Assembly: GCA_016840465.1 (NCBI GenBank)
Contig: JAEOSH010000036.1
Location: 1-22,633, forward strand
DNA length: 22,633 nucleotides
Source: Candidatus Baldrarchaeum yapensis
GTDB taxonomy: Archaea; Asgardarchaeota; Baldrarchaeia; Baldrarchaeales; Baldrarchaeaceae
Direction of reading: 5' to 3'
Below are positions 8,405 through 16,140 of this stretch, one piece after another. The notes under the pieces were generated by a model. That model was not told the DNA's origin and made no database searches. It was given only the letters and a program-made list of their open reading frames with translations. The translations under genes and the position numbers were made by a program. How positions within the stretch are numbered: the first letter of the stretch is position 1; each line of letters starts with the position of its first letter.

Positions 8405-8491
8405 CGAGAAAGAATTTATTGTTTTCACTTCATGGTTTCTCTTTGAAGCTTTAGGATCTTACAGCGGAAGTAGCAATAGAGGTGTGAAATA

Positions 8492-10408
8492 GTGCCTGAA
8501 GCAAAAGGATTGGAAGTAGGGAAAATAGTGGTGGTTTTTGAACCAGAGGGAAAAAAGATAGTAGTAAAGTCTGGAGCCACCATACTGGAAGCAGCGAAAA
8601 ATGCAGGTGTAGGTATTAGATCTGAATGTGGAGGAGAAGGAATTTGTGGAAAATGTAAGGTGATTGTCAAAAATCCTTTGGCCATAAGCGAGTTGACCGA
8701 GGCTGAAAAACGACATTTATCTAAGTTGGAGATAGATTCAGGCTACAGATTAGCTTGCCAAGCACATATCAAACAAAGTGTTGTGATAGTAGTTCCTCCT
8801 GAAAGTAGAATTGGGGAACGTAAAATTCAAGTTGCTGGTTTAGAAAGATACGTGCCCTTAAACCCTTTAGTCAAGAAAATTCACGTAGTTATGGCAAAAC
8901 CCACATTATCCGATGTTAGACCAGACTTCGAAAGACTTATCGACCATCTGAGGGACAGAAACGGCTTTGAAGATTTAGAAATAGACTATGAACTCTTAAA
9001 GAAACTGCCTGATATAATTCGTAGCAAAAATTGGGCCGTAACGGTAACAATCTGGGATGACAGAAAGCTAATTGATATTGAACCGGGAGATACCTCAAAT
9101 GAACTTTTTGGGTTTGCCGTAGATATAGGCACTTCCAAGATAGTTGGCTATCTAGTTGATCTGACAACAGGTAAAACTATAAGCATAGGGTCTATTGAAA
9201 ACCCCCAAATCATGCATGGTGAAGACATTATAACAAGGATAGGGTTCGCAACAGGTAGCGATTCAAACCTCGAAGTACTGCAGAAACTTGTTATCAACGG
9301 TATAAATCAAGTCATACATGAAGCTTGCAGAAAAGCGAAAGTCAACCCAAACAAAATATACGAGGCAACAGTTGTTGGGAACACAGCAATGCTTCACTTT
9401 TTCTTAGCAATCCAGCCAAGATATCTTGCTCTTTCACCTTTTGTACCAGCCATAAAAAAATCTCTGAATATTAAAGCCAAGAACTTAGGGCTCAAAATAA
9501 ATCCTAGAGGAAATGTTCACGTTCTACCGGTTATAGCCGGATTTGTTGGGGCAGATGCGGTTGCAGATGTTTTATCAACAGGAATTCTCGAATCCAACGA
9601 GGTTTCTTTGCTGATAGATATTGGAACGAACACTGAAGTGTTTGTAGGAAACTCCGAAGATATGATAACTTGTTCCTGTGCTTCTGGACCAGCTTTCGAA
9701 GGAGCGCATATCAAACATGGGATGAAAGCTGTAACAGGTGCAATAGAAAAGGTTCGCATAATTTCAGAGGATGAGGTTGAATATGAAGTGATAGGGGGCG
9801 TAAAACCTACTGGCATATGTGGATCAGCTATGATTGATATCATAGCTGAAATGTTTAAACAGGGAATAATAGATAGTCGTGGAAGATTTAACCTAAAAAT
9901 AAAAACACCTAGATTAAGGAAAAACAACAAGTGGACAGAGTTTGTTGTTGCTTGGGGTGATGAGACCGCAACAGGTAAAGAAATCACGGTAACGCAAAGA
10001 GATATCAATGAAATTTTACTTGCAAAGGCCGCCATATACACGGGATGCTCAATTCTAATGAAAAGGAGAAACGTTAAAGAGGAAGATATTGATAGAGTTT
10101 ATATTGCTGGGGCCTTTGGAAGCTACATTAACCCTGAAAACGCGAAAATCATAGGTTTAATCCCCGATATACCAACGAGAAAGATAGAGTTTGTTGGCAA
10201 CACCGCGATAACAGGTGCAAAAATGGCCTTAATATCTAAAGAGATGAGGGAAAAAGCAAATCTAATATCAAAGAAAGTTCGTTACTTGGAACTTACGATG
10301 GATCCCGACTTCAGCAAAGAATTTGTAAACGCCCTATTCATACCAAACAGAAACATAAATAGATTTCCAACAGTAAAAAAATTATTAAAGAGACTTAGGA
10401 AAAATTAA
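8492..10408 (+). CDS. Reductive activator of corrinoid proteins (RACE/RamA/MtoD family; 2Fe-2S plus ASKHA ATPase)
   Basis: 638 aa. CGGEGICGKC...RLAC 2Fe-2S motif, ASKHA motifs DIGTS and DIGTN, SGPAFEG, GICGS, LAKAAI, AGAFGS. GTG start after RBS GAGGTG. Confidence 0.92.
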   Translation: MPEAKGLEVGKIVVVFEPEGKKIVVKSGATILEAAKNAGVGIRSECGGEGICGKCKVIVKNPLAISELTEAEKRHLSKLEIDSGYRLACQAHIKQSVVIVVPPESRIGERKIQVAGLERYVPLNPLVKKIHVVMAKPTLSDVRPDFERLIDHLRDRNGFEDLEIDYELLKKLPDIIRSKNWAVTVTIWDDRKLIDIEPGDTSNELFGFAVDIGTSKIVGYLVDLTTGKTISIGSIENPQIMHGEDIITRIGFATGSDSNLEVLQKLVINGINQVIHEACRKAKVNPNKIYEATVVGNTAMLHFFLAIQPRYLALSPFVPAIKKSLNIKAKNLGLKINPRGNVHVLPVIAGFVGADAVADVLSTGILESNEVSLLIDIGTNTEVFVGNSEDMITCSCASGPAFEGAHIKHGMKAVTGAIEKVRIISEDEVEYEVIGGVKPTGICGSAMIDIIAEMFKQGIIDSRGRFNLKIKTPRLRKNNKWTEFVVAWGDETATGKEITVTQRDINEILLAKAAIYTGCSILMKRRNVKEEDIDRVYIAGAFGSYINPENAKIIGLIPDIPTRKIEFVGNTAITGAKMALISKEMREKANLISKKVRYLELTMDPDFSKEFVNALFIPNRNINRFPTVKKLLKRLRKN

Positions 10409-10484
10409 GTTCATAAAATATTTAGCACGCATACACTGCCACATCGAAGGCTAAATTTTAATTACTTACTTAAATTGTGAATAA

Positions 10485-10512
10485 ATAACGCGCTAAAATA
10501 TTTTTGCGTTAT
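10485..10512. promoter_or_regulatory. Imperfect palindrome upstream of the second MtrH-like gene
   Basis: ATAACGC-GCT-AAAATATTTT-T-GCGTTAT in the AT-rich spacer 10409-10573. Confidence 0.3.
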
Positions 10513-10573
10513 ACGTTATAATTCTCCTCAATTTTAAAAGTTAAAAATTAAAATGTTTTTTGGAGATGATCTT

Positions 10574-11509
10574 ATGTTTGAAATTGATAAGCTCAAGCCT
10601 AATCAGAAGATTTTTGAGATTGGAAAGGTAAGGATTGGAGGTAATCCTGGGGAACTTCCAACAGTTTTAATTGGAAGCATTTTTTATAAGGGGCATAAAA
10701 TTGTTAAGGATCAAGTTAAGGGCGTTTTTGATAAGGGGCAGGCTGAGAAGTTAATTGTGAAGCAGGATGAATTATCAGAGGAGACGGGGAATCCATGTAT
10801 GGTTGATGTAGAAGCATTTTCAAAAAAAGCTATTGAAAAATACATCGACTTCGTATCTGAGGTAACAGATGCACCTATTTTGGTAAACAGTATATATGTG
10901 CCAGTTAGGTTGCACGGAGTCAAATATGCTAAGGAAGTAGGTCTCATAAATAGGATAGTCTATGTTTCTATTAACTATAAGGTGGATGATAAGGAAATAG
11001 AATTTTTAAGGAATATTGGATTGAAATCCGCTGTAATTCAAGCTTTTAATCCAAGAAACCCTTGGCCAGAAGGCATGTTGCAAATTCTCTTAGGAAAAAA
11101 CGGTCTACTAAACATTTCTTCTAAAATTGGTGTGGAAAAACCTTTAATTTTAACTAATGTTTTAGACGTTCCTAGCATAGGTTTAGCGGCAAATGGAATA
11201 AAAGTAATTAAGGAGGAAACCGGCTTTCCAACTGGTACAGCCCCTGTCGGCGTAGTTGGATCTTGGTATAGAAATGTTGCGATTAAAATTTTTGGAAGTG
11301 ATGCTAAAGGTTGTTGCGAAGCGGTAGCTATGGCGATGTGTCAATTTGCTGGTGCAAATTTTATACATTACGGTTCTCTAAGAAAAGCCAGTAGGATCTT
11401 TCCTGCAACAGCTATGATAGATGCTATAATAGCATATAAGGCTAGACTTCACGGAATAAAACCGAAAACCAAGAATCATCCATTATACAAAATCTCTTTC
11501 CACATTTGA
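10574..11509 (+). CDS. Divergent MtrH-like protein lacking the canonical pterin-binding residues
   Basis: Likely start ATG 10574 (RBS GGAGATGA). RIGGNPGELPTVLIGSIFY and C-terminal NHPLYK fix the family. It has LVNS, YVSI, LILT and PVGV where the paralogue has LIDG, YNSI, LVDT and IHNA. Confidence 0.85.
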   Translation: MFEIDKLKPNQKIFEIGKVRIGGNPGELPTVLIGSIFYKGHKIVKDQVKGVFDKGQAEKLIVKQDELSEETGNPCMVDVEAFSKKAIEKYIDFVSEVTDAPILVNSIYVPVRLHGVKYAKEVGLINRIVYVSINYKVDDKEIEFLRNIGLKSAVIQAFNPRNPWPEGMLQILLGKNGLLNISSKIGVEKPLILTNVLDVPSIGLAANGIKVIKEETGFPTGTAPVGVVGSWYRNVAIKIFGSDAKGCCEAVAMAMCQFAGANFIHYGSLRKASRIFPATAMIDAIIAYKARLHGIKPKTKNHPLYKISFHI

Positions 11510-11515
11510 AATCTC

Positions 11516-11532
11516 TAGTACTTCTGAAACTT
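11516..11532 (+). repeat. Isolated IS-terminus-like 17-mer, identical to 1750-1766
   Basis: TAGTACTTCTGAAACTT. It is truncated about 10 bp later by the IS at 11543. Confidence 0.7.
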
Positions 11533-11542
11533 TCTGAGGAAT

Positions 11543-12541
11543 GAGGGTTGTTTCATAATTTTACAAATGTAAAGGGGAGGGTCTATAGGGGCGGGCCGCC
11601 CCCATAGACTCATGCGACGACACGACCAGCTCATGGATATACCGTACAACCGCAACGCAATTATGGCTATTCTCGTCGCGACAAGGAGGCTGATATCAGA
11701 GGCACGGACGAGACGGAGACGCAGGGGACGCCCGCCGAAGTACGAGACGTGGAAGCTCGCAACACTCTGCGCAATAAAGGTACTCCTCAACATAACCTTC
11801 AAAAGAACCGCGGAGCTCGCACCACTCATCGTGGGCGCATCCCCAGCCCTGCAACCATCCACAGGGCCCGGGTGAAGCTAAAGGAATGGGCAATGGAGGT
11901 CGCAGCAAAGGCCACGGGAAACCCCGACCTCCCGGTCGCAGACTCAACCGGAGTCCCGCACCGCCAAAAGGGCCTCCACTTCAAGGTTCACTTCCTATAC
12001 GACATACTATCCGACCCCGTAATAGCCGCAACCCCCCGGCTCCACCGCAGACTACCAAGGCTACCGGAAACTCCTGCACTCGGTCCCTGAAAAATCCGCC
12101 ATGCTCGCAGGCTCGGCGTACTTCGGAAGGAGCAACTCCGAAAAAACCTGGAAAGGATGCGCCCCTCCTCACAAAACCCAGAAGGCCGCCCCGCTGGGGA
12201 AGGAGGCAGGACTGGGGCGCAAAATACGAAAGGATATTCGAGGCCCTCAAGTACCTCTACCGCCACAGAGGCGAGGGAGAGCGCTTCTGCTCGAGGCTAA
12301 AGGCGAGGTTGAAGAGGGCGCTGAAGTATCATCTCGTTGATAGCGCGGACGCCTTCGTGAAGTGGCTATCACTCGCGATGAATATAGAGCGGATCGTCAT
12401 CGGGAAGACAGGCGCGTGACTCGGAATCCGATAAAGCCTGAGGGGCAGAGACGGCTGGCGACGCGCGCATCAGCGACCGACACCCCCGGGCCGATGCCTA
12501 GCCGTGAGTATTTATGTTGAATTTATTTATGAAACAGCCTC
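11543..12541 (+). mobile_element. IS5-like (DDE_Tnp_1) insertion sequence, about 1 kb, with imperfect terminal inverted repeats
   Basis: Left end GAGGGTTGTTTCATAA (11543-11558); right end TTATGAAACAGCCTC (12527-12541; reverse complement GAGGCTGTTTCATAA). AT dinucleotide on both flanks. Visibly GC-richer than its surroundings. Confidence 0.8.
11612..12419 (+). pseudogene. Frameshifted DDE transposase
   Basis: Four overlapping ORF pieces stitch into GRPPKYE...SPATIHRAR...VADSTG...KVHFLYD...MLAGSAY (usually DxAY)...YRHRGEGERFCSRLK. At least three frameshifts, and the second catalytic Asp appears lost. Confidence 0.8.
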
Positions 12542-12593
12542 ATGAAGCAAAAAGTATTAGAAAGTAATAATCAGAATATTATCCGAAATGATA

Positions 12594-12671
12594 GGGCCCG
12601 TGGCCTAGTCTGGATAGGGCACCGGCCTGCGGAGCCGGGGGTCGCGGGTTCAAATCCCGCCGGGCCCGCCA
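12594..12671 (+). tRNA. tRNA-Arg(GCG), intronless, CCA encoded
   Basis: Full cloverleaf; anticodon GCG at 12629-12631; CCA at 12669-12671. Confidence 0.96.
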
Positions 12672-12985
12672 CATCTCATGCTTCCTCAAAAGATTTCTAT
12701 CCGATACGGAAGTTCGGTTTATTTAATCGTAACATTCTCGTTAAAGGAAAGTGCTCGGTAAGATTCTCAGGTTGCTTTTAAAATCCCGTATCGCTTATGG
12801 TATAAGATTTTAACACGATCTTTTCATTAATCCCGATATCAAGAACCTTCCTTTAAAGAAAACGATTCGACAACTTTCTTTTTGGACAATAAAAGAATAA
12901 TGTTAAAACGTTGCGCCCACCAAGCGTTTATTGCGTTATTTAGATTTACAAACGATTTTTAGTCACGTAATAGTTTCCTTAACTT

Positions 12986-13004
12986 GTAACCCTACTAGGG
13001 TTAC
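12986..13004. repeat. Perfect 19-bp palindrome in a long non-coding spacer
   Basis: GTAACCCTA-C-TAGGGTTAC, loosely extended by TTCCT...AGGAA. Confidence 0.7.
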
Positions 13005-13347
13005 CTAGGAAATGTGATCAATAAATTCATTTTCCTTTTTAGAGAAATTAGTACATCATTTCGATGGCCAATGCCAATTATTAGTATTCCGTCTAATGGA
13101 CATTACCGTTATGAGATTCAAGCGCGCAATCCGCATCATAAACTGCCCCGTAGTTCACATTATTCGCATTAGAAATACCATTCTATTATATTTTATTTGT
13201 GTCGTATCTCCCCGGTCGATAATCCTGTCTCGGTTCTGTATTAATTTTTACCAGCCTTACAACTCTATGATAAATTCCCCCTTCCTAAGTCCATACCTGA
13301 AACATTTTAATTGGCACAATGGAGAATGAAAATGATCACAGTCGTAA

Positions 13348-13418
13348 GGGCGTAGTAAGCTAGGCAGGGCATCGACGCTCGAATCGGGTCACGGGTTTAA
13401 ATCCCGTCGACCCGCTCA
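13348..13418 (+). pseudogene. Degenerate tRNA-Arg-like relic (apparent anticodon TCG)
   Basis: GGGCGTAGTAAGCTAGGCAGGGCATCGACGCTCGAATCGGGTCACGGGTTTAAATCCCGTCGACCCGCTCA aligns end to end with the local tRNA-Arg genes. The T arm ACGGG/CCCGT is intact; there are small deletions in the acceptor, D, anticodon and variable regions. Confidence 0.65.
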
Positions 13419-13456
13419 TCGTTTCTAAACTCGAATGATGGCGGAGGACAGCCCTA

Positions 13457-14593
13457 ATGAGCCTGTCCCTCAGAATTGAGAGGCTAATAAATGAAATGAG
13501 GTCCGAAAACGTAGAGGCAGTCATGATCTTCAGACCTGAGAACATATTCTACTTTTCCTCATTTATGCCACAGAGGTACTCCCAGTGCGTTTTCATAATT
13601 CCCGACATAATGTCGCCCAGCAGACCGCTACTTCTGATATCCGAGTTCGAAAGCGGGTTAATCGACAGAAGAAGAATAGCTTACGACCTGCGAACATTCC
13701 GACAGTACCCTATATCGTTCGAAGACGAAACACGCGATTTCATAAGATCTCTAATAGCGGTTATCAAGGAGTACGGACTGGAAAGAAGCAATATAGGCAT
13801 AGATGCTGATGCCGTTCCCGGTCACATAATATTAAAGTTACAAAAAGCATTGCCCGCACTTACCCCGATAGATATCAGCAAGCAAGTCTATCAACTGCGA
13901 ATGGTAAAGGACCATATGGAACTGGAGAAGATAAGGAAGGCCACGGAAATAGCGGACAGGGCGGTCAGAATAGCAATCGAAATACTGAGACCTGGCATGA
14001 CGGAACTAGAAGCATGCATGGAAATAGAAGAGGCCCTCCGCTCATCCAAAATACAGTTCGCGAATCTAAAGATACGAATCAGTTCAGGTGTACGAACGGT
14101 CCACCCTCGAACCTCCCCCACAAATAGAAGAATCTCAACTGACGACCCCATTGTCGTTAACGTTACCTCCAACTTCCAAGAGTACTATGCTAAGGCAATA
14201 AGGACCTTCTTCATAGGAAAGATATCCGATCGGTACAAACAATTATTATCCGCGATCGATGATGTCCACTCTACCTTACTCGAGGTATTAAAGCCGGGAA
14301 CTACCGCAAAAGATGTCGATAGCGTCGTTAGAAGGGTGTTAGGAAAAAGAGGACTTCTTAGGTTCTTCCCCCACCCCACCGGGCACGGGATAGGGCTCGA
14401 GGTCTTCGAACCACCGGTCCTTGCCCTCAACGACCACACTCTAATGACAAAAAACATGGTCCTGTCCATAGAGCCGGGAATATACGTGCCCGGCATGGGA
14501 GGTGTCAGAACGGGAAACCTTATGCTAATAAGCGAGGATGCCCCCATCATATTGAATGAACTGCCGGAAAATATAATGGCGCATCACATGTAA
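13457..14593 (+). CDS. M24 (Xaa-Pro peptidase/creatinase-fold) protein with degenerate metal site
   Basis: 378 aa. Creatinase_N-like start (PENIFYFS), LRMVKD..E, GHGIG, IEPGIY. RBS GGAGGA. The two Asp ligands and the last Glu are substituted. Confidence 0.85.
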   Translation: MSLSLRIERLINEMRSENVEAVMIFRPENIFYFSSFMPQRYSQCVFIIPDIMSPSRPLLLISEFESGLIDRRRIAYDLRTFRQYPISFEDETRDFIRSLIAVIKEYGLERSNIGIDADAVPGHIILKLQKALPALTPIDISKQVYQLRMVKDHMELEKIRKATEIADRAVRIAIEILRPGMTELEACMEIEEALRSSKIQFANLKIRISSGVRTVHPRTSPTNRRISTDDPIVVNVTSNFQEYYAKAIRTFFIGKISDRYKQLLSAIDDVHSTLLEVLKPGTTAKDVDSVVRRVLGKRGLLRFFPHPTGHGIGLEVFEPPVLALNDHTLMTKNMVLSIEPGIYVPGMGGVRTGNLMLISEDAPIILNELPENIMAHHM

Positions 14594-14696
14594 TACTCTC
14601 CATCATTCGTACACTCGATCTCAAAAGACCAGAATCTTAAACCCCGCAAGATTCCGTCCTTTCAGAAAACGCAGAGATCTGCTAGAGAAATCTTAA

Positions 14697-14704
14697 TTTA
14701 TATT
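14697..14704 (+). promoter_or_regulatory. TATA-box candidate for fbp
   Basis: TTTATATT about 40 bp upstream of ATG 14744; purine-rich GAGAAA upstream and a GGGGGT RBS. Confidence 0.4.
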
Positions 14705-14743
14705 CTGCAACTAGTATTCTTCAGCAACTGTAGGGGGTTAAAA

Positions 14744-15862
14744 ATGCCGCAGAAAATCACCGTTTCCGTAATAAAAGCGGATATTGGAAGCTTGGCCGGT
14801 CATCACGTTGTGCACCCCGTCTGCATAGAACTTGCCAAAAAGGAACTCGAGGAGGCAAAAAAGGAGGGTATAATACTCGATTACTATGTATTCAATTGCG
14901 GCGACGACTTGGAACTCGTAATGACGCACAGAAAGGGAGAAAGCAACCCCGAAATACACGAACTTGCATGGAATACGTTCAAAAAAGCTGCAGAAAAGGC
15001 AAGAGAATATAAATTGTACGCGGCCGGGCAAGACCTCCTAAAAGAAACGTTCTCCGGAAACATAAGAGGGATGGGACCTGGTGTGGCCGAACTCGAGTTC
15101 GAAGAAAGGCCAAGTGACCCCATTGTTATATTCGCAATGGATAAAACCGAGCCTGGTGCCTTTAACCTCCCACTGTTCAAAATATTCGCGGATCCGTTCA
15201 ACACAGCAGGACTTGTGATAGATCCGAAAATGCATGGGCCGGATCTTGAAAGCACAGGTTTTAGGTTCAAAATACTTGATGTCCTAGAAGGAAAGAGTGT
15301 GATTCTGAAGTGTCCCGAGGAGATGTACGATCTGCTGGCTCTAATAGGCACGCCGGGGCGATATGTTATAGAGAGAATCTGGAGGCATGACTGGCTACCA
15401 GCCGCCGCGGTGTCCATCACAAGGCTTAGCCTAATTGCCGGAAGATATGTAGGAAAGGACGACCCTTGTGCCGTTATCAGGGCGCAACACGGGCTACCTG
15501 CAGTCGGAGAGATCCTCGAAGCATTCGCATTCCCCCACTTGGTTGCAGGGTGGATGAGAGGATCTCACCACGGGCCGATAATGCCAGTTAGCCTAAAGGA
15601 TGCAAAATGCACTAGATTTGATGGGCCACCACGCGTGGTAGCCCTAGGCTTCCAAATATGTGATGGAAAACTTATCGGCCCAGCAGACCTCTTCGATGAC
15701 CCGGCATTTGACAGAGCACGGATGATTGCCTGCGAAATTGCAGACTATATAAGAAGACACGGTCCCTTCATGCCACACAGACTCGGACCAGAAGAGATGG
15801 AGTACACAACACTACCTCAGGTGCTTGAAAAACTGAAAGACAGGTTCAAGGAGGAACACTAG
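14744..15862 (+). CDS. fbp: Fructose-1,6-bisphosphate aldolase/phosphatase (class V FBPase)
   Basis: 372 aa. IKADIGS, CGDD, AGQDLL, DKTEPGAFNLP, YVGKDDP (Schiff-base Lys), GWMRGSH, DGPP, GPFMPHRL. Confidence 0.96.
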   Translation: MPQKITVSVIKADIGSLAGHHVVHPVCIELAKKELEEAKKEGIILDYYVFNCGDDLELVMTHRKGESNPEIHELAWNTFKKAAEKAREYKLYAAGQDLLKETFSGNIRGMGPGVAELEFEERPSDPIVIFAMDKTEPGAFNLPLFKIFADPFNTAGLVIDPKMHGPDLESTGFRFKILDVLEGKSVILKCPEEMYDLLALIGTPGRYVIERIWRHDWLPAAAVSITRLSLIAGRYVGKDDPCAVIRAQHGLPAVGEILEAFAFPHLVAGWMRGSHHGPIMPVSLKDAKCTRFDGPPRVVALGFQICDGKLIGPADLFDDPAFDRARMIACEIADYIRRHGPFMPHRLGPEEMEYTTLPQVLEKLKDRFKEEH

Positions 15863-15890
15863 ATCGTTAAAACGAAAATAATACTCTCCC

Positions 15891-15913
15891 TTATTTTTGT
15901 TTAGGTGTTTTTT
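15891..15913 (+). terminator. T-rich archaeal terminator candidate after fbp
   Basis: TTATTTTTGTTTAGGTGTTTTTT about 30 bp after the stop codon. Confidence 0.4.
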
Positions 15914-16140
15914 AATCTGTAAAGCAAACTAAATGGTAAACGAGTGTGAAAAAGTTGAGTATAGAAATAGAAACTCCCCCAATTTATAGGCGAAAATTAG
16001 TATATGAACTCTCAAAGACCGTTCTCGTGCAATATCCAGAATCTAAGTCGGGAACCCCAGATGCAGTTACGACGAAGACTACCACAGCGAAAACCCAAAC
16101 AAGGCGAAGAACCTATAGAAGGAGGAAGTAACTGACAAAA

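Noticed and set aside
7047-11509. Methanogenesis or the membrane Mtr complex inferred from the mtrH-like genes
   Set aside because: No mtrA-G or mcr genes in the window. Stand-alone MtrH-like proteins are the MT2 of Mto/Mtg-type systems.
11516-12560. Tiny MITE (TAGTACTT...AAAGTATTA) split by the IS5-like element
   Set aside because: The right-hand match is weak and is better explained as the BRE/TATA of tRNA-Arg(GCG).
1652-12672. 41-bp exact direct repeat (1652-1692 = 12632-12672, tRNA 3' halves) read as attL/attR of an integrated element
   Set aside because: Both copies belong to complete tRNAs with different anticodons, the third tRNA-Arg (16756-16833) carries the same 3' half, and there is no integrase. 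Isoacceptor similarity explains it.
15946-16131. 61-aa Thr/Arg-rich ORF downstream of fbp
   Set aside because: No RBS or recognisable domain, low complexity, and it converges on the tRNA-Pro 3' end. It cannot be supported as a gene.
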